Shown in pieces: positions 57,478 through 64,000 of a DNA stretch of 64,000 nt. The notes below the pieces were generated by a model. That model was not told the DNA's origin. It ran no database searches and saw nothing but the letters and a program-made list of their open reading frames with translations. Every line of letters starts with the position of its first letter. The stretch's first letter is position 1. A program made the translations under genes and the position numbers. Origin of the DNA: Candidatus Latescibacterota bacterium (GTDB taxonomy: Bacteria; Latescibacterota; UBA2968; UBA8231); contig OZ242214.1 of the NCBI GenBank assembly GCA_965206595.1, positions 96,001-160,000 on the forward strand, given 5' to 3'.

Positions 57478-57699
57478 TCAGCCTCGAGCTTGCGGACTAA
57501 CTTGGAACCAGCACCAAGGCGGCGCCGACTAGTACGCCGCCGCCGAAGGCGATGGGGTTCGGTAGTACGGGGAACTTGGCGTGTGTGTCCATTTTCTGTC
57601 AATCGGACTGCCATGTCGGAAGCCCCCGACTCTGTGGGTTTCCGATCATGATTTCCTTGTTCCCGTTCCAGCGAAAGGCCAATCCGGCGCACCGTCAAC

Positions 57700-57830
57700 A
57701 GTCCCGCCTTGGCCGGGTTGCATAGCTTTACATATTTCCCACTAACAACACGTGTCTCAGGCCATCCCGTTACCCGGTGGGGGCGCCCAACGGCACGGCT
57801 CCGGGCAACTGGCGCATGGGCTTCGGGATT
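57700..57830. ncRNA. Candidate structured RNA (long irregular hairpin, 6S-like)
   Basis: Folded by eye: AGTCCCG/CGGGATT, GGTTGC/GCAACT, an A/U-rich internal bubble, CCCACT/GGTGGG and TAAC/GTTA. Confidence 0.3.
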
Positions 57831-57877
57831 ACGCGCTTCGCTATCTGTAGAGAAGGAAAGGGCATCAGGGGGCCGAC

Positions 57878-58999
57878 ATGATCGATTATCCGCTCCGGAA
57901 TGGTCTCGTTCGTGCGGGTGCTCCGGTCGAAGTGGGCCGGGGCTCCGGCCATTTCTGGTTCCCGTCCCTGCACCGGGTCGACGACGATACGCTGGTCTGC
58001 GCCTGTATCCGGTCCGCGGACGTGGCTCAGGGGCAGTGGCCGGCCGATCTATTCGCGAGCGATGACGCCGCCGGCAGCTGGCGCCCGGACCAGAGCGTGG
58101 ACTCTTACGGCCACACTTCCGTTCGAAATCCGTCCGGTACGTTGATGATGCCCTACGAGCAGTGGCCACAATCGCCGGGCGACAGGAAAAACTGTGCCGC
58201 TCCGGGCCACGCCCTGAAGGTGGTCGATGGCGCGCTCCTGGTCGAAGTCCGGGAGGTGCGGATCTTCGATTTTCCGCGACCCCTCGCAGAGTACCACGAG
58301 AACGAACTGTGGCTCCTGCACAGCGGCAACATTCTGCGCCTGGAGGACGGGAGCTTGTTGACGACGATGTACGGGAAATTCGACGGGGAAGAAGGCTTAA
58401 ACAGTTTTGCGCTGGTCAGCGACGACGGTGGCCTTTCGTGGAGGTATCGCAGCACCATCGCCGCTCGGGATGCGGCGCCCGGAGCTCCTGAAGGCTCCAA
58501 CGAATCGGACGCACTGCTGCTGGACAACGGCGACCTGATGTGCATCTACCGCGTTGCCTCCGGCTGGGACTTCCGCAAGAGCATCAGCCGCGATGAAGGC
58601 CGGACCTGGTCGCAGCCGGCGCGCATGGAAGGGATGGCCTCGGTGCAGCCAAGGCTGGCCCGGTTGGGCAACGGCGCGATCGTACTGACCGGGGGCCGCC
58701 CGGGCCTGTTCCTCTGGCTCTGCGCAGATGGGCAGGGCGATGGATGGGAGCGGCTGAATCTGGCAGCGCATCACAATCGACTGGCCGAGCCTGATGAGCA
58801 GGGCTTTTCGGATGCCTTCCGCAATGCGCAGGAAGGAGAGGATCCCGCCATGAGTACGTCCTACACGGCGCTGATGCCCTGGGGAAGGGACGGAGTCATC
58901 ATGGCCTATGACCGGCTGGCCAACGGCTGGGCAGGCACTCCCGGACCGAACGGCTCCGTCGACCGGGTATTCAGCCTTGCAGTAACGGTTTCCGTCTGA
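57878..58999 (+). CDS. Sialidase-like BNR/Asp-box protein
   Basis: Asp boxes SDDAAGSW, SDDGGLSW and SRDEGRTW; NE...L.NG.L...YR. Confidence 0.8.
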   Translation: MIDYPLRNGLVRAGAPVEVGRGSGHFWFPSLHRVDDDTLVCACIRSADVAQGQWPADLFASDDAAGSWRPDQSVDSYGHTSVRNPSGTLMMPYEQWPQSPGDRKNCAAPGHALKVVDGALLVEVREVRIFDFPRPLAEYHENELWLLHSGNILRLEDGSLLTTMYGKFDGEEGLNSFALVSDDGGLSWRYRSTIAARDAAPGAPEGSNESDALLLDNGDLMCIYRVASGWDFRKSISRDEGRTWSQPARMEGMASVQPRLARLGNGAIVLTGGRPGLFLWLCADGQGDGWERLNLAAHHNRLAEPDEQGFSDAFRNAQEGEDPAMSTSYTALMPWGRDGVIMAYDRLANGWAGTPGPNGSVDRVFSLAVTVSV

Positions 59000-59156
59000 A
59001 GTGCACGCCGTGAGAGCGTCGTCCCACATGTGGGATGGCCACCTCAACCCTGACGCCTCAGGCGGCGTCTGACGCTGCAGCGCCACCAGCCAGGCAGCTC
59101 TTGACCGGCACGGAGAGTGCGATGCCAGGGCGCCAGCGACACTCCTCCGCAAGCTG

Positions 59157-60542
59157 CTACAGCGAGTTGAGGAAGGCGATCAGCGCCCGGCGGTCCTCCG
59201 CGCTCATCTCCCTCACCGCCTCCCTCGCCATTTCGGCTTCCCCTCCGTGGAACATGACCGCCTCCATCAGGGTGGCGGCGCGGCCGTCGTGGAGGTAGGC
59301 GGGATCCCCGTTCACCGTTGCCGTAAGGCCGATGCCCCACAGGGGCGGGGTCCGCCACTCGCGGCCGTCCGCCTCGTAGTCGGGGCGGCGATCGGCCAAC
59401 TCATCCCCCATGTCGTGCAGCAGCAAGTCCGTGAAGGGGTGGATGACCTGGTTCGAAAGGGAGGCTACCTCGTGCGGCCCCGTGCGCAACCCAGGGACGT
59501 GACAGGCGGCGCAACCTGCTTCGGCGAACTGCATCTCCCCCCTCAGGGCAACAGGGTCGTCGAGGTCGCGGCGCGCCGGCACCGCAAGGGTGGCGACATA
59601 GAAAACCACGTCGTCGAGAATCTCCGGGGAGAGCTCGGGATCGTCGTCGAGGCCATCGACCTGCGGCTGGCCTGCCGTGGACTCGCGCGGGAAATAGGGA
59701 GTGGTGATGCCGATGTCCTCCCTGTAGGCCGTGGCCACCTGCTGCAGCAGGGTGGGGTGGTTCGCCTTCCAGCCGAAGCGGCCGAGCACGGTGCGCCCTG
59801 CCCGGATGTCGAAGACGTAGTTGGGCCTTCCGGAGATGCCGTCTCCGTCGGCGTCCCCCGGGTCGGCGAGGGCGAGGATCCCGGATTCGTCGACCGCCTC
59901 GAGTAGACCGCGGCCGAACACGGGGGGCGCCATGCGCACCGAGGTGAGCACCCCCGCCGGCAGGTCGATGTAGGTGTCGGTCAGGTCGTAGGTCGGATGG
60001 CGCAGGGTGTAGGTCCCGCCATCGGCGAAGCGGCCTTCCTCCTCGAACCAGCTCGTCCCCACCCGCCCCTCGGGGGAAACTCCGAAGATCGCCCGGTCCC
60101 CGATCTGCAGGCCGAACCCGGGAACGGGCGCCGGTGCTCCCGGATGCTCGGAGCCGGCGCCCGGCAGGCTGACCTGCATCAGCGAAGACCCGACGAACGG
60201 GGCGCTCTCGCCGAACCCGGAGCGGCCGCGGCCGTCGCGCCCGTGGCAGCCGACGCACGAGGTCTGGTTGAAGACCGGACCGAGGCCGCCGTTGACCTCG
60301 GCGGGGGCGCTGACGAACACCGCTTCGAAGGCGGCGTCGCCGGCAAGGAAGCGCGCCATCTGGTTCGCCTCGAGGCCCGGTACCGGGTTCTCGAAAGCAG
60401 TGCTGGCCGCGTCGAAAACGGTCGCCGCCCCTCCGGAGAGCGCCTTGTCGTCCAGGGGGGGCGGGGGCGAGGTTGGGCTGCGGTCGCCGCAGCCCAAGAG
60501 GAGGAACGCGGCGAGAAAGCCGGTGTACTGGCCGCGGTTCAT
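59157..60542 (-). CDS. Di-haem oxidoreductase (DHOR/DUF1111) lipoprotein
   Basis: Lipobox LLGC; CVGCH and CAACH haem motifs; GRFGWKA, TDLLLHDMG, WRTPPLWG and YLHDGRA. Confidence 0.92.
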   Translation of the reverse strand: MNRGQYTGFLAAFLLLGCGDRSPTSPPPPLDDKALSGGAATVFDAASTAFENPVPGLEANQMARFLAGDAAFEAVFVSAPAEVNGGLGPVFNQTSCVGCHGRDGRGRSGFGESAPFVGSSLMQVSLPGAGSEHPGAPAPVPGFGLQIGDRAIFGVSPEGRVGTSWFEEEGRFADGGTYTLRHPTYDLTDTYIDLPAGVLTSVRMAPPVFGRGLLEAVDESGILALADPGDADGDGISGRPNYVFDIRAGRTVLGRFGWKANHPTLLQQVATAYREDIGITTPYFPRESTAGQPQVDGLDDDPELSPEILDDVVFYVATLAVPARRDLDDPVALRGEMQFAEAGCAACHVPGLRTGPHEVASLSNQVIHPFTDLLLHDMGDELADRRPDYEADGREWRTPPLWGIGLTATVNGDPAYLHDGRAATLMEAVMFHGGEAEMAREAVREMSAEDRRALIAFLNSL

Positions 60543-60575
60543 GTCATGTGGGCCCCGTACCCGCCACCAACAACT

Positions 60576-61649
60576 TTACAGCTCGAGAACCAACGGAAGG
60601 ACATCCTCCTCCAAAATCTGCTGCACCCTGGCGATCGCCTGCTGTGCCTTCTCGATCTGGCCGGCGTCGCTGGCGATGGCGTCGCGGAAGGGGTTGCTGA
60701 TCATGCCGATCTCGTCGATGGCGGCCTGGATCTCTCCCTTGAGACCGCTGTCGAGGTCGGCGTCCCGGGAAGCGATGAACTCGTCGAGGCCGCTCCCCTC
60801 GTTGCCCCCGTAGTCTCCGGTGTAGGCGTTCCAGACGCTGCGCATGTTGTTCTGGAAGTCCTCGAGGGAGTTGAAGCTGAACTGGGATTCCACCAGCCTC
60901 GGATCCTGTTCGCTGAAGGGGTCGGCAATCTTGCCGTTGGCGACTTCGTCGCAGATCCCGATCATGCCGTTGACGATCTCCTGGACCGCGGACTGTTGAG
61001 AGGGGTAGATGTCGCTGCCGCTGCCGGCCTCGACGACCTTGGAGACGAAGTTTCCGCCCGAGGGGACCCAGCTGTCGTGCAGGTCCGACGCCGTCTGTTC
61101 GAGGACGCGCGTGCTGGCGACGAGGTAGTCGAACTGGCGATCTGTGAAGTCCCCGGGGGACTTGCCGCTCCCCTCGCCGAACAGCAGGTACTCGATGGTG
61201 TGGAACCCCTTCAAGGTCCCGTCCAGGCCGTTGACGTACTCGGCGAGGAGGTCGTTGTCGCTGGCCATCACTCCGTCGAGGTCGGTGCGGTTGACGGGCC
61301 AGCTGTCCAGGGCGGGATCGTAGCCGTTGAAGTCGACCGGTCCGAAGAGGAAACCCTCGCTCGCCTCCCAGGGGGCGCGGGCGGCGACCCAGGCGCCGCG
61401 AGCCGTTTCCAGGGTGGCGTCGGTCGGGTTATCCCGCAGGGCGGCCACGGCGTCGGCCAGGGCCCCCGCCGCGGCATCCAGATCGCGGTAGGTAGGGATG
61501 ACGACGTTGTTGCCGAAGTCCTCCAGGATCGGTCCGAAGTCGAACGACTCGCTGCCGGGGCCGGTGACGCTGTCGTCGTCGTCTCCGCAGGCAGTCAGGC
61601 CGAGCATGGAGGCCAGAACGGCGGGAAGGAGTTTCGTGCGGTGTGGCAT
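60576..61649 (-). CDS. Imelysin-family (M75) iron-regulated lipoprotein
   Basis: Lipobox LTAC; AR..WE.SE.FLFGP, DSWP and KGFHTIEYLLF (GxHxxE). Confidence 0.92.
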   Translation of the reverse strand: MPHRTKLLPAVLASMLGLTACGDDDDSVTGPGSESFDFGPILEDFGNNVVIPTYRDLDAAAGALADAVAALRDNPTDATLETARGAWVAARAPWEASEGFLFGPVDFNGYDPALDSWPVNRTDLDGVMASDNDLLAEYVNGLDGTLKGFHTIEYLLFGEGSGKSPGDFTDRQFDYLVASTRVLEQTASDLHDSWVPSGGNFVSKVVEAGSGSDIYPSQQSAVQEIVNGMIGICDEVANGKIADPFSEQDPRLVESQFSFNSLEDFQNNMRSVWNAYTGDYGGNEGSGLDEFIASRDADLDSGLKGEIQAAIDEIGMISNPFRDAIASDAGQIEKAQQAIARVQQILEEDVLPLVLEL

Positions 61650-61680
61650 GGGATACTCTCCGGTTGAGGGTGAGCCAAAT

Positions 61681-62985
61681 TCAGAACTGGAATCCGAGCG
61701 CCAGTCCAAGGGTGTTTTCGTCGTTGAAGCGCGCCGCCCCGAGCCGGCGCATGGCATAGTCGGCCTTGACCACGAGCTTGCCGGCAACGGCGTAGTTGAC
61801 GCCAAGTGTGTAGACCCGGCGGTCGAATCGGGGATTGTCGAAGAATCCCTCCGGCACCTCGGCCATGGTGTCGTAGTCGTCGTAGCGGGCGAACAGGTCG
61901 AGCCGCTCTCCCGGCCGGGTAGCCAGCCACGGCAGGACGTCGTAGCCCGCCTCGAGATAAAGGGCGTTCGCGGCGCTGGCCACGGGGCTGCGCAGCACGT
62001 CGAGATTGTTGGAAAGGGTGCGGTTGCGGGCGCTCACCGCGGCGGCGTTCCCAAGCCGCCCGTGGAGGAACAGGCCGCGGGCGCGCAGACGCCTGCCTGT
62101 GAAGTGGGCGTGGATGTCGGAGATGGTGACGTTAGCGGAGGTTCCCTTCATGTCCGGCTTGGGGCGGTTGGCGGCGCTGTCGCCGCGATACAGGGAGACG
62201 CCGATCAGGGCACCCCGGGCAGGCTCGAAATCGACCCGGCCGGCGATGGCAAGCGCGTCGGCCCTGACCTGCTCGAAACGCAGCTGATGGCCCCCGGCCA
62301 CCCACCTCTGGGAGCTGAACCCGGTGGCGTCGAGTCCGTTGACCACCTGCAGGCGCCAGCGCCAGCTTCGAACCCCGCCCGACGCCTCGATCCCGGTCTC
62401 GTGCCACAAGGCGGGGATCATCGACGTCTCCGCCTCCGAGCGCACGGTGCCGTAGAAGTCGAGGGGGTGGTAGAGGCTGGAAAGCAGTCCGACGGCGACG
62501 TAGAAATGGCCGGCGCTGACGTCGAGGTTGTCGCCGAAGGAGCGTTTGACGTACAGCTCCTCCAGGATCACCTCGCCCCCTTTCTCGACTTCCTGCTCGA
62601 ACTCGCCGAACTCCTCGTACTCCAGCTCCAGGGCGCCCCCGGTTCCCCCGTGCTCGAACTCCACTTCCGCTTCCAGCTCCAGGTGGGGCAACAGCTCCGC
62701 TTCGAGCTCCAGTGCAAGCCTGGTGACGTCGATGAGGGCGCGGTTGCCGGGAGCCGAACCCTCGGGCAGGCTCTTCTGATCGGGACCGTAGTCGAAGCGC
62801 CAGTAGTTGATCTCCCCGTAGCCGCTCAGCCGCAACGGAGTCTCCCCCGCGGCCGCAAGCAGGGGTGTCAGGAAGAGAAGGCAGGCGATGGCGGACGCCC
62901 AGGTTCTCACTGCCCGGGTTACTCTTCCCGTGGATCTTTCGACATCCGGACGCGGATCCACCCCCGTCTCCGTGATCCTGTCCAT
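61681..62985 (-). CDS. Outer-membrane porin-like protein associated with imelysin (start uncertain)
   Basis: SGYGE, E.EFEHGGTG..E.EYEE.GE.E.EVEKGGEV.LE and P..WHETG motifs; terminal GFQF. Confidence 0.82.
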   Translation of the reverse strand: MDRITETGVDPRPDVERSTGRVTRAVRTWASAIACLLFLTPLLAAAGETPLRLSGYGEINYWRFDYGPDQKSLPEGSAPGNRALIDVTRLALELEAELLPHLELEAEVEFEHGGTGGALELEYEEFGEFEQEVEKGGEVILEELYVKRSFGDNLDVSAGHFYVAVGLLSSLYHPLDFYGTVRSEAETSMIPALWHETGIEASGGVRSWRWRLQVVNGLDATGFSSQRWVAGGHQLRFEQVRADALAIAGRVDFEPARGALIGVSLYRGDSAANRPKPDMKGTSANVTISDIHAHFTGRRLRARGLFLHGRLGNAAAVSARNRTLSNNLDVLRSPVASAANALYLEAGYDVLPWLATRPGERLDLFARYDDYDTMAEVPEGFFDNPRFDRRVYTLGVNYAVAGKLVVKADYAMRRLGAARFNDENTLGLALGFQF

Positions 62986-63475
62986 CCCGTCATGAGGCGT
63001 TGCCTGTCCTCGTAATCCCCCCTGGAATGCCTGGCTCAGGCGCCGGGGCGACGGCTCCGGTCCGGTCCATCGAACTACCATCAGTTGAGTCGTACGTTAT
63101 GTTGCTCACGAGAGCATGAAGGGGGCAGTCTGCAAAATTGCATGCGCACGGCTTCTGGTCGTTCTCCGGGGCTATCGGTGGTTCGCTGGCAGGCTGCAAC
63201 CGATAGCCCTTTTTCGTTCTGGCGATCAGCCGGTGAATCCGTTCGTCGGCTGACTTTTGCAACCGGGAGAGAGTGGCTGGTTCCCAATCGGTTGTCTTCC
63301 CAATCATTTGATTCGCATGCCAAATATATGATTATAAAGGCAATCGCATGAGTTGGTATCCAATCAAACGTTTGGCAAGACAAACAAGCGGATGGCAAAC
63401 GAAACATCCGCCAGACGGATTTGTCAAGTCAATTTTTCGGCCTATCGCCGCTCGATGCTGCTTTCTGGTTTTGGT

Positions 63476-64000
63476 TTACAACCGGGCGAGCGCCCGGTGT
63501 GCGATGTCGCCGCGGTAGTACTTTCCCTCGAAGGAAACGGCATCGACCGCCTCGTACACCTTGTCGACGGCCGCGGCGATTCCGGGAGCCATCGCGGTGA
63601 CGCCCAGGATCCGCCCCGACGCCGTCAGCAGCTTGTCCCCCGCCCGCTCGGTGCCGGCGTGGAAGGCGAACACATCCTCGCGGCCGTCGAACTTGCCGAG
63701 GCCGGAGATCTCCTTTCCGGTCTCGTACGATCCGGGGTAGCCCGCGGAGGCGAGAACGACGCAGACAGCGGCCCCGCTCCGGGTGCGCACGCTGTCGCGG
63801 ATCTTGCCGATGTCTCCCTGAGCGGAGGCCAGCAACAGCTCAACGAGGTCGGACTCGAGCAGGGGCAGAACGACTTGGGCTTCGGGATCGCCGAAACGGC
63901 AGTTGAACTCCACGACCCTGGGATGGCCTTTCACTATTATGATGCCGGTGTACAGCACGCCTCGGTAAGGACAGCCCAGGCGCCTCATCTCCCGCAGCAC
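63476..64000 (-). CDS. purD: Phosphoribosylamine-glycine ligase, 3' part
   Basis: Y.GVLY.G, EFNCRFGDPE.Q, VVLASAGYP, FHAGT, GR.L.VTA and YRGDIA motifs. Confidence 0.96.
   Translation of the reverse strand: MLREMRRLGCPYRGVLYTGIIIVKGHPRVVEFNCRFGDPEAQVVLPLLESDLVELLLASAQGDIGKIRDSVRTRSGAAVCVVLASAGYPGSYETGKEISGLGKFDGREDVFAFHAGTERAGDKLLTASGRILGVTAMAPGIAAAVDKVYEAVDAVSFEGKYYRGDIAHRALARL

Noticed and set aside
57694-57720. IS200/IS605 or IscB end-like sequence GTCAAC..CCCGCC..GGCCGGG
   Set aside because: The resemblance is weak and there is no tnpA, tnpB or iscB nearby.
1-64000. CRISPR array, tRNA or rRNA genes
   Set aside because: No regularly spaced repeat array or recognisable tRNA/rRNA was seen; the repeats found have only two units.

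Overview
High-GC bacterial DNA. The gene content (PorU/PorV type IX secretion genes, several PhyH dioxygenases, a DUF6785-like membrane protein) suggests an FCB-group lineage such as Latescibacterota or Gemmatimonadota, possibly a marine host-associated organism; this is inference only. The window has three zones. (1) About 1-18.3 kb is a decaying accessory region: IS1380, IS66, IS630, ISL3 and ISKra4-like elements, many frameshifted or truncated genes, and two integron attC-like sites with no integrase. (2) About 16.5-36 kb is a defence island. A CARF/RtcR-like sigma54 activator heads a type I R-M operon whose HsdR carries an inserted LexA-like S24 peptidase domain, with an MNT-HEPN pair between hsdM and a truncated hsdS. 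Transcribed divergently is an operon of an ECF-sigma-like gene (split by IS1380, 5-bp TSD), an XRE HTH, an ImmA/IrrE peptidase, a ubiquitin-like protein, an E2, a JAB-E1 fusion and a DUF6527-like protein. A vWA lipoprotein and hipBA follow. (3) About 36-64 kb is intact core-like DNA: rpmB, a T9SS/outer-membrane cluster with degenerate peptidase active sites, folK-folB, a candidate structured RNA, an imelysin/di-haem/porin iron-uptake cluster and the 3' part of purD. All family calls come from motifs recognised by eye; no database searches were run.
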